A program made the position numbers and the translations under genes. The notes below the pieces were generated by a model. The model had not been told where the DNA came from, did not search any database, and worked only from the letters and a program-made list of their open reading frames with translations. Positions 20,028 through 28,457 of a DNA stretch of 64,000 nt are shown here, in pieces. Source of the DNA: an uncultured Candidatus Berkelbacteria bacterium (GTDB lineage Bacteria > Patescibacteriota > UBA1384 > UBA12157 > JAENIV01); assembly GCA_963698075.1 (NCBI GenBank), contig OY969116.1, forward strand, positions 734,131 through 798,130, read 5' to 3'. Within the stretch, counting starts at the first letter, position 1; every line of letters starts with the position of its first letter.

Positions 20028-20063
20028 TACGTATATACGTGTAACTTTTAACTTTTAACACTT

Positions 20064-21209
20064 ATGAAAATTGCCATCGACGCTTCGAGGGCCATTAATG
20101 AGAAAGCAGGGATTGGTCGTTACACTCGCGAGCTGGTCAAAAAAATGATTGAAGTCGATAAAAAAGCCTGCCTGCCGGCAGGCAGGAATCAGTATCTTCT
20201 GATTTTCAGTTTTTTCCGCCAAAGCCCTCAAAAAGAAAAACTCATCAAAACCTTCGAAAATTCTAATGCTAAAATAAAAATTTTAAAAATCCCGGGTGCA
20301 CTCAAAGAAAAGGCCTGGCAATGGCGCCTATCATGGTATGAGAAGTTTTTGGAAGGCGCCGATGTTTTCTTTGCTCCCTCATTTTTTGAGGTTAATTTTG
20401 GTCTGAAGATTCCTCAAGTAGTGACGATTCATGATCTTTCAACCTTCATTTTCCCCAGCCACCGGGGGGAAAATGTCTCCCAAAGATTATCCAAACGAGC
20501 TAAGGCAGCGGCCAAAATTGCCAAAAAAGTCATCTCTGTATCGGAGTCAACCGCTCAAGACACCATTAAATATTTAAATGTCAACCAAACTAAAATCAAG
20601 GTCATCTATCCGGGAATCACTGATTTGCCAACCCCGGTCAAAAATTTACCGGCGTCTTTGAAGCCCCAATCTTACATTCTTTTTGTCGGTACGATTGAAC
20701 CAAGAAAAAACTTAATCGGTCTTTTTAAGGCCTATGCTCTTTTGCCGCCAAGATTGCAAGAAAAATATCCGTTAGTAATTGTTGGCGCCGAAGGTTGGCA
20801 GACCGGTGAGATTTTTGCCACTATTCGGCTGCTCAATTTAGAAGATAAGGTGAAGTTTTTAGGTTTGGTGAGCGATAACATTTTGACCAAGCTCTATCAA
20901 GAGGCCGCGGTTTTTGTTTACCCTTCGTTATATGAGGGTTTTGGCCTGCCGGTTTTGGAAGCGCTCTCTTTTGGGACGCCGGTGGTTACCTCAAATATCT
21001 CTTCTTTGCCAGAAGTCGCTGGCCCAGCCGCCCTCCTGGTGGAGCCCCAAGAGCCCAAGTCAATTGCTAGAGGCCTACAGCGGCTTTTAGAGGGCAAATT
21101 TGAGCGTGAAAACTTGCGAAAAAAGGCCCAAAAACAGGTTCAAAAATTCTCCTGGGACCGGGCGGCCAAAGAGACTATCAAAGTTCTTGAGGAGGTAGGT
21201 CGTGGCTAA
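20064..21209 (+). CDS. glycosyltransferase family 4
   Basis: EGFGLPVLEALSFGTPVVTS motif. Confidence 0.8.
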   Translation: MKIAIDASRAINEKAGIGRYTRELVKKMIEVDKKACLPAGRNQYLLIFSFFRQSPQKEKLIKTFENSNAKIKILKIPGALKEKAWQWRLSWYEKFLEGADVFFAPSFFEVNFGLKIPQVVTIHDLSTFIFPSHRGENVSQRLSKRAKAAAKIAKKVISVSESTAQDTIKYLNVNQTKIKVIYPGITDLPTPVKNLPASLKPQSYILFVGTIEPRKNLIGLFKAYALLPPRLQEKYPLVIVGAEGWQTGEIFATIRLLNLEDKVKFLGLVSDNILTKLYQEAAVFVYPSLYEGFGLPVLEALSFGTPVVTSNISSLPEVAGPAALLVEPQEPKSIARGLQRLLEGKFERENLRKKAQKQVQKFSWDRAAKETIKVLEEVGRG

Positions 21210-22275
21210 ACCTGTCCTTGCCATTCTAACTGAATCTATCAGATACGATAATCAGCATGCACTTGAGTATTTCTCTAAAATCAAACCGGTCCATTTTTAT
21301 AAAACGGCGCCTTATGGGGATTTGACGAAGAACGATCTGAAAGACGCGGTTAAATACCATAATTTCGCCGACTTAGAAAAGAAGTTACTGACTTTAAAGC
21401 CCGATATTATTCAAGGTGCTGAACCATATGGATCGAAAATTCAGTTACGGCTTTGTCATATCGCCTGGCGGGTTTCGCGCCAGCTTAATATTCCGCTCAT
21501 TTTCGGCATGCTCGAAAACCGGCCGGTTAAAGAGAGGTTTGGCAAATTATTGGCGCCAATGCTTAAAAAAGTTTTGGCGGCTTATGCGAAACAGGCAAGG
21601 CTAATATTTTATCTAAATTCCGGGGCGAAGCGGAATCTCCTGGAAGTGGGGGCTGATCCATCGAAACTGAAGAAATTACTATATGGCATCTGGGGCGTTG
21701 ATAGCTCTGTTTTTAAACCACTAAAACCTAAAACCTTGAACCTAAAACCTCACATTTTATTTGCCGGCAGAATTGATGAAGCCAAGGGAATTCCGTATTT
21801 GCTTGAGGCGTGGAGCATGATTTGGCGGGATTATCCTGATATTGAGTTGGTCATGGCAGGCAAAGGGGAGATGGAAGATAGAGTAAAAAGGGAAAAGGGC
21901 ATAAGGTATATAGGCATGGTCAAAAATCAGGATTTGCCGGCCTTATTTAATCAGGCCTTGTTTACAGTTTATCCATCAGTGACTCTAAAGCGCTGGGAAG
22001 AGCAGGTAGGGATGGTTAATTTGCAGTCGCTTTCTTGCGGCACGCCAGTTATCACCACCAAATCCGGCGCCATTCCCGAATATATCAATAGTAAAGTGGG
22101 GATTTTGGTACCAGAGCGAGATTCAAAAGCGCTGGCCGAGGCAATGCGGAAATTATTATCGGATACTAAATATCGCCAAAGATTGGGAGCTGCCGGCCGG
22201 CAATATATCTTAGAGAACTTTGATGCTAAAAAGACGATAGAGAAGGTAGAAAATCTCCTTATAGGACTCTTATAA
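21202..22275 (+). CDS. GT4-like glycosyltransferase (divergent)
   Basis: GT-B C-terminal domain region FAGRIDEAKGIPYLLEAW...CGTPVITT. Confidence 0.6.
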   Translation: MAKPVLAILTESIRYDNQHALEYFSKIKPVHFYKTAPYGDLTKNDLKDAVKYHNFADLEKKLLTLKPDIIQGAEPYGSKIQLRLCHIAWRVSRQLNIPLIFGMLENRPVKERFGKLLAPMLKKVLAAYAKQARLIFYLNSGAKRNLLEVGADPSKLKKLLYGIWGVDSSVFKPLKPKTLNLKPHILFAGRIDEAKGIPYLLEAWSMIWRDYPDIELVMAGKGEMEDRVKREKGIRYIGMVKNQDLPALFNQALFTVYPSVTLKRWEEQVGMVNLQSLSCGTPVITTKSGAIPEYINSKVGILVPERDSKALAEAMRKLLSDTKYRQRLGAAGRQYILENFDAKKTIEKVENLLIGLL

Positions 22276-22291
22276 ATCAATCATCCATTCA

Positions 22292-22317
22292 AACATCGAT
22301 TAAAATTTAAGTTATGT
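22292..22317. repeat. AT-rich palindrome family copy 2 (AACATCGATTAAAATTTAAGTTATGT)
   Basis: read directly, at junction between GT4 operon and high-GC islet. Confidence 0.45.
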
Positions 22318-22440
22318 GTGCTAGAGACTTCTTTATATTTTATAATATTTTTTATTTTTAACCTGAAAAATATACTACTTTTTCTACTCGAGTAATCAAA
22401 GTGATATAGTTTTCCCTGTTAGACTATTAATTTGTAAACA

Positions 22441-22480
22441 AAAAGCCCCGCCGGTTTTCACCTTTGGGGCTTGGTGGTGG
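22441..22480 (-). terminator. rho-independent terminator AGCCCC-N-GGGGCT with T-run on minus strand
   Basis: hairpin AGCCCCGCCGGTTTTCACCTTTGGGGCT followed (minus) by TTTTTGTTT. Confidence 0.5.
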
Positions 22481-22508
22481 TGCCGTTGTGCCTGTTGGGG
22501 CGCGAGGC

Positions 22509-22871
22509 CTAGTAATACATCTTGGCATACTTGATCTCCAGAAGTAGTTCCTCCAGCGCTTTAATTCGCGGCTTGTCATCGGGGTAGTAGCGTTTCTCTG
22601 CTGCCAAAAGGGCTTCGACGGGAGCGGGAGCTTCGAGAATTTGGCAGTTAATGCGGATTTTCTCCTTATCTGTTTTGTCCTTTGATTCCTTGGCGCTGGA
22701 AATTCTGGCCTCATCGAACGCCCGATAACATTTGGCGTACTCCTCGGGCGTATCTTCCCCGATTCCGACGTAGGCGTATGCCGCCATTGCCCGAAAGACA
22801 GCTCCTGTGAGCTTGAGTCCGGTCTGCCAATCGGGGGACAGCACTCTAAACACGTCTTCCCATCCAGGCAT
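22509..22871 (-). CDS. hypothetical protein (high-GC islet cassette gene)
   Basis: 120-aa ORF, RBS AAAGGAG, GC ~52%. Confidence 0.5.
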   Translation of the reverse strand: MPGWEDVFRVLSPDWQTGLKLTGAVFRAMAAYAYVGIGEDTPEEYAKCYRAFDEARISSAKESKDKTDKEKIRINCQILEAPAPVEALLAAEKRYYPDDKPRIKALEELLLEIKYAKMYY

Positions 22872-22873
22872 CT

Positions 22874-22989
22874 GTTTTCTCCTTTCTCAACGCTCCAATC
22901 CCGTTAGATAACGATGTATCCAATGGGACTCGAGGTTGACCATGTTAAATCTGAAAACTATTTAACAGGGTTGAGCCCCGCCCTCACGG
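22874..22989 (-). repeat. cassette-boundary element copy B (GGAGCGTTGAGAAAG ... CTCGAGGTTGACC ... hairpin AGCCCCGCCCTCACGGACGGGGCT)
   Basis: read directly; shares arms with copies A, C, E. Confidence 0.45.
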
Positions 22990-23250
22990 ACGGGGCTGGT
23001 TGAAATTGCGGCGGATAAGCCGCAGTGCTTTGCCCTCTAACTGCTTGGTTTGCCTCCGTGTTTTGCCGAGCAGCCGACCCGCTTCCTCGAGAGTCATGAG
23101 GTGGGCGGAGAGGCCGAAGCGATAGCTCAGAACCATCCGTTCAGACACATCAAGGGCGGCGTAGGCTTGGCGGACTCGTTCTTGGTCTTCGGCGGTCACA
23201 TCCTTCAGCTCTTTGCCTGTTAGGGCTCGCGCCAAATGCCTGAAATCCAT
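22984..23250 (-). CDS. sigma-70 region 4-like HTH small protein (88 aa)
   Basis: LDVSERMVLSYRFGLSAHLMTLEEAGRLLGKTRRQTKQLEGKALRLIRR matches sigma70 region 4 (LSERER.VL.LRFGL...TLEEIG..LGVTRERIRQIE.KALRKLR); RBS CTAGGAGG. Confidence 0.55.
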   Translation of the reverse strand: MDFRHLARALTGKELKDVTAEDQERVRQAYAALDVSERMVLSYRFGLSAHLMTLEEAGRLLGKTRRQTKQLEGKALRLIRRNFNQPRP

Positions 23251-23269
23251 GAGTTCCTCCTAGGAGATA

Positions 23270-23341
23270 GATTCAACTCTTGAACTCCCATATCTCTATA
23301 GAAGCTCGAGGTTGAGCCGGAAAGTCACCCAACCCTCCGGC
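23270..23341 (-). repeat. cassette-boundary element copy C (GATTCAACTCTTGAACTC ... GCTCGAGGTTGAGCC + hairpin GCCGGA-N-TCCGGC)
   Basis: read directly. Confidence 0.45.
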
Positions 23342-23462
23342 TATTTTGATCTTACCCATGGCTGTTTGAACGGGTTTGATCGGTTGTCGTGTGGTTGCCT
23401 TCTGGTTCTTGCCCAGGCGCCCCACACAGGCTGAGCCGTTCTCGGCTAGCGAACCGCTAGAG

Positions 23463-23759
23463 CTACTCCTTCACCAGGAATGCTACGGCTTGGATGATAA
23501 ATCCTGATGGTTGGAGCCAGTCTAGAGTGAAGTAGCCGCGATTTGGTTCGGGATACTCCCTAACCTTGACGTCCTTCATCTTGGTGGGTTTATCCTGGCC
23601 AGGAAAAGTAATCTCCTTGGCCTCCAAATCGGCGACGTACTCCTTTCCCGCAGGGAGGGTATGTTCGAGAACGTAGAGGGTATCTGGCGTTCTCGCATAC
23701 TGGCCACTGCGGGCGGTAGTGGTAAGGCGGATCGGTATGGTCTCACCTCCTTTCAGCAC
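23463..23759 (-). CDS. hypothetical protein (cassette gene)
   Basis: 98-aa ORF in same orientation as neighbours, GC-rich. Confidence 0.45.
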   Translation of the reverse strand: MLKGGETIPIRLTTTARSGQYARTPDTLYVLEHTLPAGKEYVADLEAKEITFPGQDKPTKMKDVKVREYPEPNRGYFTLDWLQPSGFIIQAVAFLVKE

Positions 23760-23915
23760 AGGTTGTCAAAAACAGGTTAACAGGTATAACTTATCTTCAG
23801 AACGTAATATTATAGCACATTCCGACTGATTTGTCAAGACTTTTTACATATATATTGACAAAATAAAAGATTTGATATATAATATAATTAATAAATGTAA
23901 AAAAAATTTACAACA

Positions 23916-24662
23916 ATGAATCTAGAGAAACTTTTAGAAGAATTTGGGTTAAATGAGAAAGAGGCAAAAACTTACCTTGCCTGTTTGGAATTGGGGCCAT
24001 CGAAAATTCATGACATTGCTGACTTATCGGGCGTTGGTCGAGTGAATACCTACTATATTATTGAGAAATTAATCCAGCATGGTTTGGTCAGCCGCACTTT
24101 CAAAAAAGAGAAAATGCTTTTTGTGGCGGAAGAGCCGGAAGTTTTAGCGGAAATTGCCCAACGCCGGGCCAAGCGTTTTAAAAATTTATTACCCAATCTT
24201 AAAGCCCTCTCAAAAGGAGAGAACAAACCCTCGGTCAGGTATTACGAAGGCGAAGAAGGAATCAAAGCGTTATATGAAGATTCTTTAACCAGTAAAGAAA
24301 AAATATATGCTTGGAATAGCGCCGAAAATCTTGAAGCAGTCATGCCGGAATATTTTCACGATTATTACAAGCGCCGGGCAGCCAAAAATATCTTTATTAC
24401 AGGTATTTTGAATGATTCTCCTGAAGCGCGGGCATACCAAAAGCAGGATAAAGAGTTAAAACGCGAAATTCGACTGGTGCCCGAGAATCGAATGAATATT
24501 AAGCCTGAGTGCTATATTTATGAAAATAAGGTCTCTTTTATGTCTTTACGGGAGAAAATTGGGGTGATGATTGAGTCTAAAGATATCGCCGATGCGATGA
24601 AACGGCTATATGAACTTGCTTGGGAAAGAGCTGGGGAATATCAAAAAAAGGTCTCGAAGTAA
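23916..24662 (+). CDS. TrmB-family transcriptional regulator, paralog 2
   Basis: LEEFGLNEKEAKTYLACLELGPSKIHDIADLSGVGRVNTYYIIEKLIQHGLV; promoter TTGACA-16-TATAAT with TTGTCAA/TTGACAA inverted repeat at 23831-23862. Confidence 0.8.
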   Translation: MNLEKLLEEFGLNEKEAKTYLACLELGPSKIHDIADLSGVGRVNTYYIIEKLIQHGLVSRTFKKEKMLFVAEEPEVLAEIAQRRAKRFKNLLPNLKALSKGENKPSVRYYEGEEGIKALYEDSLTSKEKIYAWNSAENLEAVMPEYFHDYYKRRAAKNIFITGILNDSPEARAYQKQDKELKREIRLVPENRMNIKPECYIYENKVSFMSLREKIGVMIESKDIADAMKRLYELAWERAGEYQKKVSK

Positions 24663-24669
24663 AACAAAA

Positions 24670-24732
24670 CCCCGTTAGATAACTCTGTATCTAACGGGGC
24701 AGGAGCCCCGCAGCCGATATGGCTTTGGGGCT
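24670..24732. terminator. tandem hairpins CCCCGTTAGATA-actctg-TATCTAACGGGG and AGCCCCG-N-GGGGCT between convergent genes
   Basis: perfect 12-bp palindrome arms read directly. Confidence 0.5.
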
Positions 24733-24741
24733 TGGGGCGAT

Positions 24742-25098
24742 CTAATCGACATTAGGCGTCTGGATTACAGCAACAATAACTGCTGCTGGAATCCACATCG
24801 GTACAGGTTCATCTTCCCAGTCGTATCCCGGATGATAGGGGAACCAAGCGTCTCTCAGAAAAGCTCCTTTTTCATTCAAGCTTGCAAGGTTTCCTCTAAC
24901 CACCAGGTGTTCCTCCAGATCATCTTCCGGCTGTTTTTTCTGGTTCCGATAAGTACCGCGTGGTAACTTGATGTTGGTGATGATATGGAACGTTGGTCCC
25001 TCTGGGGAGTTCTTGAAAGGGCCAACATGGCCAAGTAGCCAGTACCAATTCTTGATGTCATCCCAGATTTTCTTAATCTTTCTCCCTAGCTTCTTCAT
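24742..25098 (-). CDS. hypothetical protein (cassette gene)
   Basis: start MKKLGRKIKK with RBS AAGGGG; longer ORF to 25176 unlikely. Confidence 0.45.
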   Translation of the reverse strand: MKKLGRKIKKIWDDIKNWYWLLGHVGPFKNSPEGPTFHIITNIKLPRGTYRNQKKQPEDDLEEHLVVRGNLASLNEKGAFLRDAWFPYHPGYDWEDEPVPMWIPAAVIVAVIQTPNVD

Positions 25099-25131
25099 TG
25101 TTCCCCTTGCGTTTAAGGGCCGCCGCCCGTA

Positions 25132-25205
25132 GATTGTCAACTCTCGAGCCATCCAAGTCAAACCTGAATGGCTCAAGGTTGACCCCGCCCCTGATTGGGG
25201 CGGGG
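25132..25205 (-). repeat. cassette-boundary element copy E (GATTGTCAACTCTCGAGCC ... GGCTCAAGGTTGACC + hairpin CCCCGCCCC-tgatt-GGGGCGGGG)
   Basis: read directly; arms pair as ~15-bp imperfect stem with 20-nt loop. Confidence 0.5.
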
Positions 25206-25211
25206 TGAGTG

Positions 25212-25577
25212 TTACTTTTTCCTCCAGTGCTCAATGTCAAGCTGGCGAATGTAGACTGTACACTGACCCCTGCCAGCCGGCTGTTCGATGATGACGACGA
25301 TGTCATCCCCATCCACAGCCCCTCGGTAGACCAGGAAGTCATACTCGAAGACTTCATCTCCTCGTTTAGTGAAAACCCAGAAACACACAACAGGAGGTTT
25401 GAAATGGACCAGGAGATGTGAGCCACTCCAGTCCCTACTAGAGCGGCTCTCCTCAGGGATCAATTCCCAGGTTGCCTGGGAAAGATCCGCCAAGAATTGG
25501 GACCTCTGACAGATCAACTCTGCCCACTCCTCGGCAGTCTCTGGCCTCGGATAGCCGATTTTGCGAACTTCCATTTT
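25212..25577 (-). CDS. hypothetical protein (cassette gene)
   Basis: start MEVRKIG with RBS AAGGAGAGG; tool ORF extends to 25670. Confidence 0.45.
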   Translation of the reverse strand, partial: KMEVRKIGYPRPETAEEWAELICQRSQFLADLSQATWELIPEESRSSRDWSGSHLLVHFKPPVVCFWVFTKRGDEVFEYDFLVYRGAVDGDDIVVIIEQPAGRGQCTVYIRQLDIEHWRKK

Positions 25578-25750
25578 CCTCTCCTTGAGTTTTAAGCTTC
25601 GTTCCAATGGGCGATACCTGTTATCAGGTATGCTTCCCATCGTGAACGTCCTATTATAGCATATATGCAAGCAAATGTCAAGTCTGTATAGACATATATT
25701 ATGGACTATTGACCAAATATAATAAATAGTGTATAATAGAATTAAACAAT

Positions 25751-26509
25751 ATGAATAATGAAGAGTTAGTAAAATTGTTGGCAGAATTAGGAATTACCGG
25801 CAATGAGGCGAAGGTTTATCTCGCCTGCTTGGAGCTGGGGCCGACAACAATTACTAAAATCGCCCGTAAAGCGGAGGTTGAGCGGGCAACGGTTTATGCG
25901 ATTTTGGATCGTTTGAAAGAAAAAGGATTAGTAGGCATCGAAGTCAAAGATTATGACCGGCATGTTCAAGTTGAGACACCCGATAAATTATTGGTTCTTG
26001 CGCGGCACAAAAAGAGGGCCATCGAAGAAAAAGAACATCAATTTAAAGAAATTTTGCCAGATTTGTTGGCTACGGTTAACCAGCGCGGCAAACAGCCAAA
26101 AGTGCGGTTTTATGAGGGGAAAGAGCAATTTATGGCTGTTTTTGATCAAGCATTAGATGAAACCAAAGAAAAAATGTATTTTTTTGGCGCGGCTTCGCTT
26201 TTTGTTGACCTTATTTCTTATCAGTTTGAAAAAGAATGGATTAAAAGAAGGGTACGTAAGAAAATCCATATTGATATTTTGGTCCACAAAACCCCATTAA
26301 CCGAGAGATTTAAAATTGACGACGAGAAAGAAATGCGAACCACTCGATTTTTGCCATCGAATATGAAATTCGAGGCCTCATATCTTTTATGGGGTAATAA
26401 AATTGCCCTCTGGAACCCCGTCGTTCCTTTGGCAATAGTTATCGAGGACGAAATTATCGTCAAAATGTTTAAGGAGATGTTTTTCGGGTTGTGGGCAAAG
26501 GCAAAATAA
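25751..26509 (+). CDS. TrmB-family transcriptional regulator, paralog 3
   Basis: LAELGITGNEAKVYLACLELGPTTITKIARKAEVERATVYAILDRLKEKGLV; promoter TTGACC-18-TATAAT. Confidence 0.75.
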   Translation: MNNEELVKLLAELGITGNEAKVYLACLELGPTTITKIARKAEVERATVYAILDRLKEKGLVGIEVKDYDRHVQVETPDKLLVLARHKKRAIEEKEHQFKEILPDLLATVNQRGKQPKVRFYEGKEQFMAVFDQALDETKEKMYFFGAASLFVDLISYQFEKEWIKRRVRKKIHIDILVHKTPLTERFKIDDEKEMRTTRFLPSNMKFEASYLLWGNKIALWNPVVPLAIVIEDEIIVKMFKEMFFGLWAKAK

Positions 26510-26673
26510 TATGTTAAATTAAAAAAAGAATATTAAAAATTGAAGGCCCATCCAGCGCTTAATCTCTTAGAGAATTAGATGATTATTTCTCTTCTCTAAA
26601 TAGATATCGCTTAGGAGGGCTTCCTGTTCTTTGCTTCCGTGTGAGGAGCGCAAAAACAGGAGCGGAGGGATTT

Positions 26674-28353
26674 ATGAAGAAAAAGGCACGGAATTTACTA
26701 TTAGAACTCTTATTGGTTTTCTTTTTTATTGCCAATGTGGGCGTTTGGTCAACCGCTCAAGGTTATTATGGCTCCAACACCTTGTTTGTTATCCGCGGGA
26801 TTCAGAACCTTAGACAAGCCGGCACCTCGCGCATCAAATCAATGGGCGGTGAATGGGTGCGCGAAGAATTCAATTGGCAAACGCTCAACCCACGGCGTGG
26901 CCGCTACGATATTGCCAATGCTGACCACGCGGTCTCTATCTATCGCCGCAATGGCGTCAAAGTTTTGGGGATGATTTGTTATTCATCGCTTTGGGGTTCC
27001 TCAAACCCCCGCGCCGGCACTGACGCCCAGTTTTATAAACCCAATATCAATGACTGGAAAAATTACGTTGGCTTTCTGGTGCGGCGCTATGGCAACTACG
27101 TCAAAGATTGGGAAATCTGGAATGAGCCGAACGCGATGTGGAAACCTAGCCCCAATGCCGACGAATATCGCGAGGTCTTAATTGCCGCCTACGATACGAT
27201 TAAATCAATTGATCCAGGAGCCAAAGTCGGCTCGGGCGGCACGACTTACATTGACAATGGTTTTATTAGTGCTTATTTGGATAACGGCGGCTGGGAACAC
27301 ACTGATGCCATTTCCGTTCATTACTACCCGCCCGGTAACATTGGTCCCGATGGCTTTGACGCGCCTTTGCGGCCCGAGTTGACGGATCTAGTCTATAATG
27401 TCTTAATTCCTCGCGGTAACAAAGAAATTTGGATTACCGAAATGGGTTGGCAATCGAGACCTATCGGCGAAGAAGCCCAAGCTTCAAATATTGCTCGGGG
27501 CGTGATTTTAGCCCGGACGATTAACGAAGTCTCCAAGATTTTAATTTTTAACATGCGCGATGAAACAGGGAACACTTATGGTTTAATGACCGCGGGGCTT
27601 AGACCCAAAAAGGCCTACAATTATTATAAAAAAACCATCGAAATGTTAGGTGGAAAACGCATCTCTCAATGGTTTGATTTAGACAATAATTCGAAATTCT
27701 ATATCTTTTCTGATGGTGGCGGGGCCGTGGCTGCTGCCTGGAATCCGTCGGGCGGTCAAATTACCGGTTTTCACGTCAATGCTTCCGGCATGCATTGCTT
27801 CGATATGGACGGCAAAGACGTTTCTTCTTCGGTGATTTTGGCCTGGAATGGTGGCGATACGACGCTCGCTTTTGGCCAACGGCCGATTTTCTGTCAGCTG
27901 GATAATTACTACGTCGCCGAAAATGATAAGCTTCAAGGTGAGCCGAAAGTCGCCAATATTGCCCAAGTGGCCGGCGTCTCGGATATGGCGATTTTTTCTG
28001 ATCAAACTTTAGCCGCCCCCACGGTTTCCGGCCAAGTGATGGGATTTTTAGGCGGCAAAGTTAACGGCCAGGTGATTGCTTATCAAAAAACTGATTCGGG
28101 TTGGCAGGAATTTAGCCAGGAAAAATTGACTAATTCTTCCTATAGTCTGGATTTACCTGACGGTCAATATTATCTGGCCTATGACGTGCCAGGGTTTGTT
28201 TCCTCGTCAACCCAGCCATTTGGGGTGGCCGGGGATACGACCGTTAATTTAGAAACCAAGTTGCTCAACTTATGGCTGCCAATGGTCCTTTTGGCCGGCG
28301 GAATTTTGGTTTTAGTCTTATTGGTCTTGAAATATTCGCGGAAGAAAAAATAA
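26674..28353 (+). CDS. glycoside hydrolase, clan GH-A (GH5-like), secreted with C-terminal TM anchor
   Basis: EIWNEPN (acid/base NEP) and ITEMGW (nucleophile TE) motifs; N-terminal signal/TM and C-terminal LWLPMVLLAGGILVLVLLVLKYSRKKK; RBS GGAGCGGAGGGA. Confidence 0.7.
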   Translation: MKKKARNLLLELLLVFFFIANVGVWSTAQGYYGSNTLFVIRGIQNLRQAGTSRIKSMGGEWVREEFNWQTLNPRRGRYDIANADHAVSIYRRNGVKVLGMICYSSLWGSSNPRAGTDAQFYKPNINDWKNYVGFLVRRYGNYVKDWEIWNEPNAMWKPSPNADEYREVLIAAYDTIKSIDPGAKVGSGGTTYIDNGFISAYLDNGGWEHTDAISVHYYPPGNIGPDGFDAPLRPELTDLVYNVLIPRGNKEIWITEMGWQSRPIGEEAQASNIARGVILARTINEVSKILIFNMRDETGNTYGLMTAGLRPKKAYNYYKKTIEMLGGKRISQWFDLDNNSKFYIFSDGGGAVAAAWNPSGGQITGFHVNASGMHCFDMDGKDVSSSVILAWNGGDTTLAFGQRPIFCQLDNYYVAENDKLQGEPKVANIAQVAGVSDMAIFSDQTLAAPTVSGQVMGFLGGKVNGQVIAYQKTDSGWQEFSQEKLTNSSYSLDLPDGQYYLAYDVPGFVSSSTQPFGVAGDTTVNLETKLLNLWLPMVLLAGGILVLVLLVLKYSRKKK

Positions 28354-28393
28354 GTTCTCGAAAAACTTCTCGACTACGCTCGAAGTAAACAAA

Positions 28394-28452
28394 AAGCCCC
28401 GCACCCGCTTGTCTCGAGTGAAATCGAGAGATTGGGTTTGGGGCTGGTTAGG
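28394..28452 (-). terminator. imperfect hairpin AAGCCCCGCACCC...GGGTTTGGGGCT downstream of methyltransferase
   Basis: read directly; shares AGCCCCGC arm with other islet terminators. Confidence 0.35.
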
Positions 28453-28457
28453 CTTCT

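Noticed and set aside
24670-24699. Integron attC site (GTTAGAT / ATCTAAC resembles the GTTRRRY / RYYYAAC core sites)
   Set aside because: The hairpin is only 30 bp with perfect arms and no extrahelical bases. Core-site polarity is inverted relative to attC, and no intI gene is present. It was kept only as a shared terminator-like hairpin.
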